NCBI GenBank assembly: GCA_963803805.1
Contig: CAWDOD010000006.1
Span: 237,561 to 301,560 of the forward strand
DNA length: 64,000 nucleotides
Source of the DNA: an uncultured cyanobacterium
GTDB taxonomy: Bacteria; Cyanobacteriota; Cyanobacteriia; Cyanobacteriales; CAWCAG01
Direction of reading: 5' to 3'
Shown here: piece by piece, positions 41,058 through 50,976 of the stretch
Layout of the letters: the number at the start of each line of letters is the position of its first letter
How positions within the stretch are numbered: the first letter of the stretch is position 1
Position numbers and translations under genes: made by a program
Notes under the pieces: generated by a model
Databases searched by the model: none
The model's input: only the letters and a program-made list of their open reading frames with translations
What the model was told of the DNA's origin: nothing

Positions 41058-41104
41058 AATATTAACACTCCCCGCTTTAAAAAGACGGGGTTTTCAATAT
41101 TAAC
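41058..41104. repeat. 29-bp hairpin flanked by 9-bp direct repeats AATATTAAC
   Basis: CCCCGCTTT-AA-AAAGACGGGG stem; DRs at 41058-41066 and 41096-41104. Confidence 0.55.
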
Positions 41105-41154
41105 CCTTATTATTTTCAATAAATTGCAACTATTCAAGGGGATTTTAGAGCGAG

Positions 41155-41769
41155 ATGGTACAGATACCTGTTAGACCGGAAACTGAAACCCTAGTGATTG
41201 AGTTACCTGAAACTATTAGGCTATATGTAACTCCAGAACAGTTTGTTGCTTTAACAGCAGTAAACCGAGATTTGAGAATGGAAAGAACGGCACAAGGAGA
41301 GTTGATTGTGAATCTACCAACAGGCTGGCAAACTGGAAAGCGTAATTGCAGCCTTTCTGGAGAATTATATTTGTGGTGGCGCAATGCAGGGGAACCTGGT
41401 GAGGTTTTCGACTCTTCCACTGGCTTCATTTTACCCAACGGGGCAACTCGCGCCCCTGATGCCTCTTGGGTTAGCCCAGAACGTTGGCAGGCACTTACCC
41501 CAGAGCAAAAAGGAACTTTCGCCCTTGTTTGCCCCGATTTTGTGGTTGAGTTACGCTCTAGTTCAGATAGCCTTAAGTCTGTGCAAGATAAAATGAGGGA
41601 GTATATCGATAATGGGGCAAGGTTAGGCTGGCTGTTAGATCCGCAACATCGGCAAGTGGAAATTTATCGACCAGGGTTGGCAATAGAAGTGCTGGAGAAT
41701 CCCCCTGAGTTATCTGGTGAAGATGTGTTGCCTGGTTTTCTATTAAGTTTACTTCGGGTATGGGGTTGA
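41155..41769 (+). CDS. Uma2-family endonuclease
   Basis: FDSSTGF, RAPDASW, PDFVVELRS and LGWLLDP motifs. Confidence 0.94.
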   Translation: MVQIPVRPETETLVIELPETIRLYVTPEQFVALTAVNRDLRMERTAQGELIVNLPTGWQTGKRNCSLSGELYLWWRNAGEPGEVFDSSTGFILPNGATRAPDASWVSPERWQALTPEQKGTFALVCPDFVVELRSSSDSLKSVQDKMREYIDNGARLGWLLDPQHRQVEIYRPGLAIEVLENPPELSGEDVLPGFLLSLLRVWG

Positions 41770-41833
41770 GCGAAATTAGCTTGTTGCACACCCTGTATTT
41801 AAGAACACTTAATCTTAGAGGTCATTAAGCCTA

Positions 41834-42208
41834 ATGAAGAATAAAAAGAGTGTTAAAGAGGGGCTGAAAGCCTTTGAAAGTAAAGATTACCAGAATGCTT
41901 ACAAGCTATTAAAACCAATGGCAGAAGCTGGAAATTCTGAAGCACAATGTATTCTTGCTAATATGTATCATTTAGGAATGGGTCGAGATAAAGATACTTT
42001 CCAGGCAATTTACTGGTATAAAAGAGCTTCTGAAAACGGTTATGGAGTAGCCTCAAACAATTTAGGAGGAATTTTCCTAACGGGTGATAATGAAGTTGAA
42101 GCAGAGCCTTCAGAAGCAAAGAAATGGTACTCTTTAGCTAGGAAGCAGGGTTTCCCCAACACACCTACTCTAGAAAATTTATCTTCCCTTACTGAGGGGA
42201 TAGAGTAG
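41834..42208 (+). CDS. Sel1-like repeat protein
   Basis: AEAGNSEAQCILANMY..G.G and WYKRASENG repeats. Confidence 0.9.
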   Translation: MKNKKSVKEGLKAFESKDYQNAYKLLKPMAEAGNSEAQCILANMYHLGMGRDKDTFQAIYWYKRASENGYGVASNNLGGIFLTGDNEVEAEPSEAKKWYSLARKQGFPNTPTLENLSSLTEGIE

Positions 42209-42278
42209 CTAAAGAATTTTAATTTTGGGCTAGAAGAAATTTTGTTAATGGAGAAGTAGTTGATGCTTTAAAGGTTAT

Positions 42279-43451
42279 TCACTTAATTTTCTTCTTCTTG
42301 CCAAATTCAAGTATTTCTTTAGCCGCGCGATCGCAAACTCCTAATTCTCCTAAATCTTGGTGCAACTGCTGATAGTCAGCGATAGTTTTTTCTCGCCTTT
42401 TAGGATTAAATAATAAATCCATTGATTCTTGCACAATTCTTTCGGGATTCGCTTCTTCTTGAAACAATTCTGGTACAACAGACTGCATAGACACTAAGTT
42501 AGCAGGAGAAACAAAAGGTACATCAAACTTAAATACTTTCCTGGCAATCCACATAGTCAAAGGATTAAGTTTGTAAATAACCACTTGAGGAACATTCAGC
42601 AAGGCTAATTCCAGGTTAACCGTGCCACACTTAGTAATAGCTAAATCCGCAGCCGCGAGTGCCTCTAAAGTCTTATTTTCGACAATAGTTGCTGATAAAT
42701 TATACTCTGCGATCGCCTCGGCAATAGGTTCGCGGAAACTTTCAACCGAAAGAGGAATTAAAAATTCTACCTCCGTTAACTTTTCTTGAAGTTGTTGTGC
42801 CGCAGCAAAAATTGCTGGAAGCAGATAGGTTAGTTCTTGTTTACGGGAGGCGGGTAAAAGAGTGATAATGTTTTTTTGCTCTTCAATTCCTAATAACCTA
42901 CGGGCATTTTCTCGATTAGGTGCTTTGGCCATCCGATCTAATAAAGGATGTCCTACCCAACTAACTGATAGTCCTTGCTTCGCGAAATAATCAGCTTCCC
43001 CTGGAAAAATAGCCAGCAATCGGTCTGTTATCTCCAAAATTTTGCGACTCTGCCGACTTAAGGGCGACCAGACCCACATTTGTGGTGCAATATAGTAAAT
43101 TATGGGAACTTGGGGCCAGTGGCGACGAACATAAGAACCGATACTTAAATTGGGGTCGAGGTAATCAATTAAGATCAACAAGTCGGGAGGATTTTGCCGC
43201 ACATATTTTTTGATGAGATCCTGCATCCGCCAAGTTGCCAAAATAAAAGGTAATCCCTCCAAAATACCCAAAGAACTAATTTGGGTTGTATCGCCAATGA
43301 GGTTGCAACCTGCTTCCGCCATACGTCTCCCCCCTGTACCAGCAATTTCTAGTTCAATACCCAACAATTCCCCTTGAAGTTTCAGGGCTTCTACTAACAA
43401 AGCCCCTTGCAAGTCACCAGAAACTTCACCAGTACTAATAAAAATACGCAT
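42279..43451 (-). CDS. lpxB: lipid-A-disaccharide synthase
   Basis: GEVSGD, WVGHPL and GTVNLELA motifs; operon context. Confidence 0.96.
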   Translation of the reverse strand: MRIFISTGEVSGDLQGALLVEALKLQGELLGIELEIAGTGGRRMAEAGCNLIGDTTQISSLGILEGLPFILATWRMQDLIKKYVRQNPPDLLILIDYLDPNLSIGSYVRRHWPQVPIIYYIAPQMWVWSPLSRQSRKILEITDRLLAIFPGEADYFAKQGLSVSWVGHPLLDRMAKAPNRENARRLLGIEEQKNIITLLPASRKQELTYLLPAIFAAAQQLQEKLTEVEFLIPLSVESFREPIAEAIAEYNLSATIVENKTLEALAAADLAITKCGTVNLELALLNVPQVVIYKLNPLTMWIARKVFKFDVPFVSPANLVSMQSVVPELFQEEANPERIVQESMDLLFNPKRREKTIADYQQLHQDLGELGVCDRAAKEILEFGKKKKIK

Positions 43452-43528
43452 ATTATCAGTTATTAATGATTAATGATGTTTACAACAACGGCAATGCCGT
43501 ACAGTTATCAGTTATTCAGTTTCAGTTA

Positions 43529-43587
43529 TAGAGGCGACCTATATTTATAGTATTGCTCAATAAACTAAGACTTAAATTAGGTCGCCT
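43529..43587 (+). repeat. REP-like ~58-bp element, copy A (AGGCGACCTA...TAGGTCGCCT)
   Basis: 10-bp inverted ends; interior similar to copy C. Confidence 0.75.
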
Positions 43588-43595
43588 TGCTAATC

Positions 43596-44417
43596 TTATT
43601 GCTTACTGGGAATCAAACCTCTTCTTTCTGGAGATATGGATAATTGTATAAAACGCCGTAGGTGTTGGATATATTCGTTATCAGGGAGCAAATCTAACTG
43701 TTCTAGGGCTTTATTAATTGGCTGCCCGGAACGATAAATAGTTCGGAAAGCTTTTTTGAGGCAACTAAATTCCTCTGGGGTTAAACCAGCACGTTTCAAA
43801 CCAATGGAGTTAAGAGAACGGACTCTAGCAGGATTGCCTTCTGTAGTCATATAAGGAGGTACATCTCTATCGATGCGACTCATGCCTCCTACCATTGCGA
43901 GGCGACCAATATGGACAAATTGATGAACCCCTAACACCCCACCAATTATAGCTCTTGATTCGATTTGGACGTGACCAGCTAAAGCAACATTATTGGCGAT
44001 AATAACATTATTTCCTAACACACAATTATGGGCTACATGAACATAGGCCATTAACAGATTATTATTACCAATTTGAGTAAATTCACCTTCTCCTGTGGCA
44101 CGGTTAATGGTCACATATTCGCGAATTTTGTTTTTGTTGCCAATTTTAACCCAACTTTTTGCCCCCTGATACTTCAAATCTTGGGGTTCTAAACCAATGG
44201 CAGCCCCAGGAAAAATTTCATTATCTTCGCCAATTTCAGTGGGGCCTTCAAGAATAACATGGGGTCCAACTTTAGTATTAGCGCCAATTTTCACACCCTC
44301 GCCAATAATTGCATAAGGACCTACTTCAACTGTAGGATGCAATTGGGCTTGAGGATTAATGACAGCAGTGGGATGAATCAATGTCTTCAAGTCGCGATGA
44401 TTATAAAGCAAGGGCAT
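43596..44417 (-). CDS. lpxA: UDP-N-acetylglucosamine acyltransferase
   Basis: IHPTAVI, hexapeptide repeats, PQDLKY and HVAHNC. Confidence 0.97.
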   Translation of the reverse strand: MPLLYNHRDLKTLIHPTAVINPQAQLHPTVEVGPYAIIGEGVKIGANTKVGPHVILEGPTEIGEDNEIFPGAAIGLEPQDLKYQGAKSWVKIGNKNKIREYVTINRATGEGEFTQIGNNNLLMAYVHVAHNCVLGNNVIIANNVALAGHVQIESRAIIGGVLGVHQFVHIGRLAMVGGMSRIDRDVPPYMTTEGNPARVRSLNSIGLKRAGLTPEEFSCLKKAFRTIYRSGQPINKALEQLDLLPDNEYIQHLRRFIQLSISPERRGLIPSKQ

Positions 44418-44551
44418 AGAGGATTTTGGTAAGCAAAATTGACCCAGGTGAGGGTCGCTAAATACTTCTTATTTATAAAAGAAAGAAGTTAACAAAAAAA
44501 GCTTGATTTGATACTTTGCTTGCGCTCTTATTCAGCAATACTAAATTATTT

Positions 44552-45085
44552 TTAGTTTAGCAAGGAAAACATCAATTCTCCTTCTGCAACTAAATTACCA
44601 TCTACTAGGGCGCGTCCCCGCATCTTACCAATACGACGCAATTTAAAAGATAGTAGTTCCACCGTCATAATTAGTTGATCTCCAGGAATAACTGGGCGAC
44701 GGAAGCGAACTTTATCAATACCAGCAAAGGCAAAAAAGCCTCCTGCCATATCAGGCAATTGAATCAAAACAATGCCTCCTACTTGGGCCATTGCTTCAAC
44801 AATTAGTACCCCAGGCATTAAAGGACGTTCGGGAATATGTCCAGGGAAAAAAGGCTCGTTAATGGTAACATTTTTAATCCCTACAGCTTTTTCTCCGGGT
44901 ACATAATCAATAATTCTATCTACTAAAGCAAAAGGATAACGGTGAGGTAATAATTGGCGAATTTCTTCAACGTTAAAAGTTGTTTTTATAACTTGTTTTT
45001 GCTTATCCTCGCAGGATTTCTCACTATGGGATTTAGTATCTGATTGGTTAACATCAGCAATTGCGGACATAGGTTTATTTTTCAA
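44552..45085 (-). CDS. fabZ: 3-hydroxyacyl-ACP dehydratase
   Basis: LPHRYPF, GH and [12 protein letters not shown] motifs; start may be the ATG at 45070. Confidence 0.97.
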   Translation of the reverse strand: MKNKPMSAIADVNQSDTKSHSEKSCEDKQKQVIKTTFNVEEIRQLLPHRYPFALVDRIIDYVPGEKAVGIKNVTINEPFFPGHIPERPLMPGVLIVEAMAQVGGIVLIQLPDMAGGFFAFAGIDKVRFRRPVIPGDQLIMTVELLSFKLRRIGKMRGRALVDGNLVAEGELMFSLLN

Positions 45086-45097
45086 GATTGTGGTAGT

Positions 45098-45952
45098 TTA
45101 TAACGGTCGTAACTGGAGGGTGAAAAGCTCTCTAGCCAACTGAATATGGAGTTTGTGGCTAGCTTTATAAGCTAGGAAGTGGGCTTGGGGAAAAGTTCCC
45201 AACAAACTTAAATCTCCTACTAAGTCTAAAAGTTTATGACGAGCTGGTTCATTTGCAAATCTTAAGGGAGGATTCAGCCAACCATCTTCAGCACAAACTA
45301 GGGCATTATCTAAATTACCACCTTTAATTAAGCCCATTTGCCGTAATTGCTCAACTTGGTGTGCCAAACCAAAAGTTCTGGCAGGAGCGATCGCCGCTGC
45401 AAATTTATCTGAAGCAGGATTCCAACTATGCCACTGGTTGCCAATGGCAGAGAGGGGAAAGTCAATACCGTAGGTAAAGCGGGTTTCTGGAGAGGGCAGG
45501 GCTGCTACGAAAGCGTCTCCTTCTCTAACCCAAATAGAGGAAGAAAGAATAGAAAGATGGGGAGATGGTGAGATGGGGGTTAGTCCAGCTTTTTCAATGG
45601 CCTCAACCCAAATCTTGGCTGAGCCGTCCATAAGAGGCACTTCAGGACCGTTAATTTCAATACGAGCGTTTTCTACTCCACTAGCAGCTAAGGCGGCTAG
45701 GAGATGTTCTACCGTCCTTACAGCAGCATTTCCTTTTCTTAGTTCTGTGGATAGGGTAGTTTCGCCCACAGCCTCAATTTGGGCAGGGATGATCGGCTGT
45801 CCTGGTAAATCTACTCGTACGAAATAACGCCCTTCCCCAGGTTTAGCTGGTAAAACTGTTACTTGGCTTTCAATGCCAGAATGGAGTCCCACTCCTGAAA
45901 GGGTAAAAGTAGAATGTAAACTACCTTTTTCTGCTAGTGCTGAGTTATCCAC
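45098..45952 (-). CDS. lpxC: UDP-3-O-acyl-GlcNAc deacetylase
   Basis: GVGLHSG, TVEHLL, ARTFG and RHKLLD motifs. Confidence 0.97.
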   Translation of the reverse strand: MDNSALAEKGSLHSTFTLSGVGLHSGIESQVTVLPAKPGEGRYFVRVDLPGQPIIPAQIEAVGETTLSTELRKGNAAVRTVEHLLAALAASGVENARIEINGPEVPLMDGSAKIWVEAIEKAGLTPISPSPHLSILSSSIWVREGDAFVAALPSPETRFTYGIDFPLSAIGNQWHSWNPASDKFAAAIAPARTFGLAHQVEQLRQMGLIKGGNLDNALVCAEDGWLNPPLRFANEPARHKLLDLVGDLSLLGTFPQAHFLAYKASHKLHIQLARELFTLQLRPL

Positions 45953-46045
45953 AATTTTTCTACTGCTTTGCAGTTAAATTTAAGTCAAAATTCCTTGGTG
46001 TAAGCCTTCTCGTGTTTAGTAAGCCAAGAAGTCCCTGATTAAGGT

Positions 46046-46105
46046 GGGCGACCCAACGAAGCATCTAAATTAGTTCTTTATATTATGCAAATAGGTCGCC
46101 CCTAC
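46046..46105 (-). repeat. REP-like element, copy B (GTAGGGGCGACC...GGTCGCCC)
   Basis: 8-bp inverted ends with a GTAG foot, next to the bamA stop. Confidence 0.75.
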
Positions 46106-46115
46106 TAATTTTTGT

Positions 46116-48371
46116 TTAAAACCTTTCTCCAATACCAAAGTGGATACGACTATCCCCTTGGTCATTGAGGCCGTAATTAATCCTAATTGGTCCTAGGGGA
46201 GATTGAATGCGAACCCCAAGACCATAACCAATGCCGCTACCTGGCTTGTCCCTTACTCCGGCGGGGTTGCCTGGGACATTATCCCCTGTACCTAAGTCAC
46301 TAGCCACATCAACAAATAGCGCGCCACCGATGACAGAAAAAACTGGGAAACGATATTCAGCAGTGGCTTGAATATAACTGCGACCACTACCCACATCCCC
46401 AGCTTCATAACCTCGAACAGAATCTGTACCCCCCATAGCAAAGGCTTCATAGGGTGGTAAGTCCCCCAGGATTGTACCCCCTTGAATATTAAAGGCGAGA
46501 GCTTCGGCTCCTTCACTAAAATTGGTGTAATCTACAGGGATATAGTAGCTGTAGCTAGCCCTGACGCGGTTAAAGAGAATGCTTCCTTCACCAATAGGTA
46601 CAGTTTGATCCATACCTAAACGGAGTAAGGAACCTTGAGTGGGTTGTAAAGGATTATTTCTTAAGTCCCGCACAGCACCAAAACGGAAGCTAATTAAGTC
46701 GTCTTTGCCTGAACCGCTAAAACTCAGGTTGTTACCTAAAGCATCTGTGGCGGTTGTTTCCCCATCAGCATCGCGAATATTAACCTTCTGGTATTGGAAT
46801 CCGGCAGAAAGTTGCCAATCTGATTTCCGAAAAGGATTGGGTTCTAAAGGACGAGAGAAGGTGATGCCACCACCTGTACGCAAAACTCTGGGAGTGTCGC
46901 CATTAGCTAAATCCACTTCAGTTTCTCCCCCATCAAAAATTAGGGAAATCGATCTGCGTCGGAAAGCGTTGACGGTGTAGGAAGTTCGATAGGGGTCAGT
47001 GGCGATCCAAGGATCTGTAAAGCGCAGATCGAAGAGAAACTCCCTTGTACCTAATTGTAGTTCTGCACCAAGGGTTTGGTTGTTTCCCCCTAGGTTCTGT
47101 TGCTGATAACTTACAGTACCAAACAAACCACTAGCAGAACTAAGACCAGCACCCGCAGCGATAGAACCTGTGCTTCTTTCTACAACATCTACGTTTAATA
47201 CAACTTTACTGGGGTCTTCTCCGGGTTGTGGGGTGAAGCGGGGGTTATCAAATAAGCCTAAACCAAAGACTCTTTGTAAGTCTCGTAAGGCTGTTTCCCT
47301 ATTAAACACATCTCCAGCTTTGAGTTCGACTTCTCGCGTCACAATGAAGTCGCGGGTACGCCCGTCAACTTCTTCTCCTTCTTCATTAAAAAATCTAACT
47401 TGGACATCTTCAATGACACCTTCTGCTACTCTCAAAGTCAGTAAGCCATCGCTACCAATATCAGAAGTGCCAATTACTTGGGCAAGTTCATAACCCTCAT
47501 TTCTATACCATTCGTTAAGGTCTTCAATATTTTCCTGTAATTCCCTTAGATTGAGAATAGAACCATACTGTTCACTAAAAATGTCATCAACTACATCTTG
47601 AGTCAAAACTTGAGTTTGAGCATCTTCAGGAAGGGTTTGGATGGCGATATTATTTAATACAGGGTTAGGTTCAACGTTGAAAACAATTCTCACCCCTAAA
47701 GGTGTATCTTCCGGAACTACAGTAGCATTGGCAAAATAACCAGTAGCATAAACAGCATTGAGGTCTTCTTGAAGTTTGGAACGGGTTGTAGTTCTACCGG
47801 GTTTGGTAGTGATATTATCGTAAACTAGATTTTCGAGGGGAACTCGTTCACCACTGTCATCAGTGACAGTTATGCCTTCTGCACCGACAACCAGTACTTC
47901 TCCGACTAAAACTCGCGCTTCTTCAACTTCAGTAGTATTGTCTTGATTGTCCTCAGTTTCCGTTGCATCTTCTTGGGCAAACAAAGGTAGATCAATTTGC
48001 CCGGATTTTTCCCCTACAGATAAGTTACTGAGTAAAATTTCTGGGTTGATTAAATTTTGTTCTGCTTGTGTTCCCGTAGCAGAAAATTCTGGCTTATCTA
48101 CAGTTTCTACTACCAAGTTATCAGGACTTACTAATATCTCTGGGGTTGGCGAAACTGCTTGCGATTTAGTTTCTGCTTCCTCAATCTCGCTATTAGCAAT
48201 TTCTACCACCAAGTTATCAGGACTTACTAATATCTCTGGATTTGGTGAAACTAATTGTGATTCAGTTTCTGTTTCTAATACTGTTGTTTCCTCAACCTGA
48301 CTTTTAGCAGGTTCTAAAAGACCAAGAATAGCTGAGGCTGCGAGAAAGGTTGTTAAAAGGGATAAACGCAT
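46116..48371 (-). CDS. bamA: Omp85/BamA outer-membrane assembly protein
   Basis: signal peptide from ATG 48371 (MRLSLL); POTRA domains; GGTDSVRGY; C-terminal FGIGERF. Confidence 0.95.
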   Translation of the reverse strand: MRLSLLTTFLAASAILGLLEPAKSQVEETTVLETETESQLVSPNPEILVSPDNLVVEIANSEIEEAETKSQAVSPTPEILVSPDNLVVETVDKPEFSATGTQAEQNLINPEILLSNLSVGEKSGQIDLPLFAQEDATETEDNQDNTTEVEEARVLVGEVLVVGAEGITVTDDSGERVPLENLVYDNITTKPGRTTTRSKLQEDLNAVYATGYFANATVVPEDTPLGVRIVFNVEPNPVLNNIAIQTLPEDAQTQVLTQDVVDDIFSEQYGSILNLRELQENIEDLNEWYRNEGYELAQVIGTSDIGSDGLLTLRVAEGVIEDVQVRFFNEEGEEVDGRTRDFIVTREVELKAGDVFNRETALRDLQRVFGLGLFDNPRFTPQPGEDPSKVVLNVDVVERSTGSIAAGAGLSSASGLFGTVSYQQQNLGGNNQTLGAELQLGTREFLFDLRFTDPWIATDPYRTSYTVNAFRRRSISLIFDGGETEVDLANGDTPRVLRTGGGITFSRPLEPNPFRKSDWQLSAGFQYQKVNIRDADGETTATDALGNNLSFSGSGKDDLISFRFGAVRDLRNNPLQPTQGSLLRLGMDQTVPIGEGSILFNRVRASYSYYIPVDYTNFSEGAEALAFNIQGGTILGDLPPYEAFAMGGTDSVRGYEAGDVGSGRSYIQATAEYRFPVFSVIGGALFVDVASDLGTGDNVPGNPAGVRDKPGSGIGYGLGVRIQSPLGPIRINYGLNDQGDSRIHFGIGERF

Positions 48372-48468
48372 ACAATTAAAAGCTTTTTTTTGCACTGCCA
48401 CACACCGAATAAAACTAATTGGATTTTAAGTATTAAGGGTAAATTGTTTGGGATCGGTTGTCATTCTG

Positions 48469-49206
48469 TTAGCCATTAGCACCACTCCTATTTTTGACTC
48501 TCTCCCAAACCTCTTGATAAGCAGATTCTACTTGACCGAGATCGCGACGGAACCTATCTTTATCCATGACCCTAGCTTGGGGATCTTCTTCCCCTTGTTG
48601 CCATAGACGACAAGTGTCTGGACTAATTTCGTCTGCTAGTAACAATTTCCCTTGGGAGTCCCAGCCAAATTCCAATTTGAAATCGACTAAGGTTATTTGG
48701 CAACCTTGAAAGAACTCTTGAAGATGTTGATTAATTGTTAAAGCCATAGTCTTGAGTTGTTCTAACTGTTCGGAAGTTACTAGTTCCAAAAGCAGCAAGC
48801 GATCCCTTGTTAATAAAGGATCTCCTAAAGCGTCGTCTTTGAGATAAAACTCTACTAAGGGAGATAATAATACTTTGCCTAGTGACAATCCTGTTTGTTG
48901 ACAGAGACTACCTGCTGCAATGTTCCTAACCACAACTTCTAACTGAATAATTTTTACAGCCCGAACTAGCATTTTGTTAGGGGAAACTTGTTCAAGATAG
49001 TGAGTAGGAATGCCCTTTCCTTCAAGATATTTGAACAAAACCGCAGAAGTAGAGCAGTTGACTTCCCCTTTACCGCGAATTTGTCCTTTTTTCTGAGCAT
49101 TGAACGCCGTAGCATCATCTTTGAAAAAAGTTAGCAGAATTTCTGGCTCTTCAGTAGAGTAGATGATTTTGGCTTTGCCTTCATAAAGTTTTTTTGCTGG
49201 TGACAT
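48469..49206 (-). CDS. purC: SAICAR synthetase
   Basis: LYEGKAK, LVDFKLEFG and ADEISPDTCRLW motifs. Confidence 0.98.
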   Translation of the reverse strand: MSPAKKLYEGKAKIIYSTEEPEILLTFFKDDATAFNAQKKGQIRGKGEVNCSTSAVLFKYLEGKGIPTHYLEQVSPNKMLVRAVKIIQLEVVVRNIAAGSLCQQTGLSLGKVLLSPLVEFYLKDDALGDPLLTRDRLLLLELVTSEQLEQLKTMALTINQHLQEFFQGCQITLVDFKLEFGWDSQGKLLLADEISPDTCRLWQQGEEDPQARVMDKDRFRRDLGQVESAYQEVWERVKNRSGANG

Positions 49207-49537
49207 AAAATAAATACTGCTTCAGACAATCTGTATGATTATCGCTCTTCGCGACTGGCTGTAATGCTATGGGTTTAATCTCCTTCTCTAGACTTATTGT
49301 CATTTTTGGTTAAGGCTAGGTTAAGATAAGTATAAGTTGAGTATTTAACCTCAAGTTAAGCGTTTGCAATATTAAGCTCTAACCTGTACTTGTTTCTTGT
49401 CGTAGCTATCTTACAGCTAGTCTGCTCCTCGATCACAAAATAGCGATCGCAATTAGGTTATAAAGGTTGATAAGACACTCTATTCACAAAAAAATAGACT
49501 AAGAACTTTTATATAAATTAAATAAGGAGATTTTAGT

Positions 49538-49789
49538 ATGACTAAAAGAACTAATAAATATAATTTCTTCAATCCTCGTAGTCGTTATTACGGTCAAGTT
49601 AAACCAGAAAATTTAGTATTCAATGCTAATTTACAAGAGTTTTCTCAGCAAGTGAATGTGATTTGCAGCTTGGAAACAGGAGGAAAAATTTCCCCTGAAG
49701 AGTCTTACAAACAAATTAAGGGACTGTGGAAAGAGCTTAAGCGGACTAAGAAGCAATTGGGAATTGGACAAGAACCATTTCAACAATGA
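49538..49789 (+). CDS. conserved small cyanobacterial protein
   Basis: RYYG..KPENLVFNANLQEF..LETGGK motif; AAGGAG RBS. Confidence 0.85.
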   Translation: MTKRTNKYNFFNPRSRYYGQVKPENLVFNANLQEFSQQVNVICSLETGGKISPEESYKQIKGLWKELKRTKKQLGIGQEPFQQ

Positions 49790-49843
49790 TGCCTAACGGC
49801 AACGGCAAGCTGAACAGTTAATTGATGATGAATAATTCGGTTT

Positions 49844-49901
49844 TAGGGGCGACCCGTTTTCCGAGTATGATCGACAAACTAAGCTTTAAACTGGGTCGCC
49901 C
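49844..49901 (+). repeat. REP-like element, copy C (TAGGGGCGACCC...GGGTCGCCC)
   Basis: 9-bp inverted ends; shares AGTAT, AAACTAAG and TTAAA with copy A. Confidence 0.75.
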
Positions 49902-49911
49902 GTCTTATTTG

Positions 49912-50841
49912 CTATTTTCTTGTCCGCAAAACTCTTAGTAGTTTGGTAAAATCTGTGGGTAAAGGAGCGATCGCTTCTAACCATTCTCCAGAAATCGGGT
50001 GAAACAAACCCAGCTTCTGGGCGTGAAGTGCTTGTCCTGAAAGGTTAACTCCTACATAACTACCAGAACCGTAAACTGGATCTCCCACTAAAGGATGCCC
50101 TGTATGGGTAGTATGGACTCTAATTTGATGAGTACGCCCCGTCTCTAAGCGAAACTTCATCAAGGTATAGTTCCCCAACCTTTCTACCACTTGCCAGTGA
50201 GTTACAGCTCTCCTCGCTCCCTTTTCTAAAGGTAGAATAGCCATCTTTTTGCGATTGATTAAATGCCGACCAACAGGCAAGTCAATTGTGCCACTTTCAC
50301 CTTTAATAGAGCCATGAAGAACACCAAGATACTCTCTAAGGGCAATTTTATCCTTAATTTGCTTTTGTAGGCTTTGGTGAGCCTGATCAGTCTTGGCCAC
50401 CACCAAAACTCCACTGGTATCCTTATCAAGGCGATGAACTATACCGGGACGTTTTACCCCACCAATGCTGGCTAAATCCTGACAATGAAACAATAAAGCA
50501 TTAACCAGAGTACCATCTTCATGGCCAGGGGCAGGATGAACTACTAAACCCGCCGGTTTATTAACGAAAATAATCTCTTCATCTTCATAGAGAATATCTA
50601 AGGGAATATCCTCCGGTTTTATTTCTAAAACTTCAACGGGAGGTAGATTTATTTGCAAGTGATCGCCCTTTTCCACTAGCCTTTTTTTCCCTCGACAAAC
50701 TTCCTCGTTAACTTCTACACAACCATCAACAATTAACTTTTGTAAGCGAGAACGAGACAAATCTGGTAGATTTTGAGCTAACCAACGATCTATGCGATCG
50801 CCACTATCTTCTACCCGTAAGGAAAAATTTTTGCTACCCAT
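49912..50841 (-). CDS. rluD: RluA-family 23S rRNA pseudouridine synthase
   Basis: N-terminal S4 domain; NKPAG, HRLDKDTSG and TGRTHQIR motifs. Confidence 0.93.
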   Translation of the reverse strand: MGSKNFSLRVEDSGDRIDRWLAQNLPDLSRSRLQKLIVDGCVEVNEEVCRGKKRLVEKGDHLQINLPPVEVLEIKPEDIPLDILYEDEEIIFVNKPAGLVVHPAPGHEDGTLVNALLFHCQDLASIGGVKRPGIVHRLDKDTSGVLVVAKTDQAHQSLQKQIKDKIALREYLGVLHGSIKGESGTIDLPVGRHLINRKKMAILPLEKGARRAVTHWQVVERLGNYTLMKFRLETGRTHQIRVHTTHTGHPLVGDPVYGSGSYVGVNLSGQALHAQKLGLFHPISGEWLEAIAPLPTDFTKLLRVLRTRK

Positions 50842-50976
50842 TGAAGTAATGTAAGCTATTAAGCATTTAATTTGATTGTGTGGCTAGGCATCTAGGGATG
50901 GGTTCAACTGCGGCGAGATATATCTTTATCATGGTTCAAGGTTGAATAGTCCTAGGGCTAAGGGAAAAGTTTAAAG

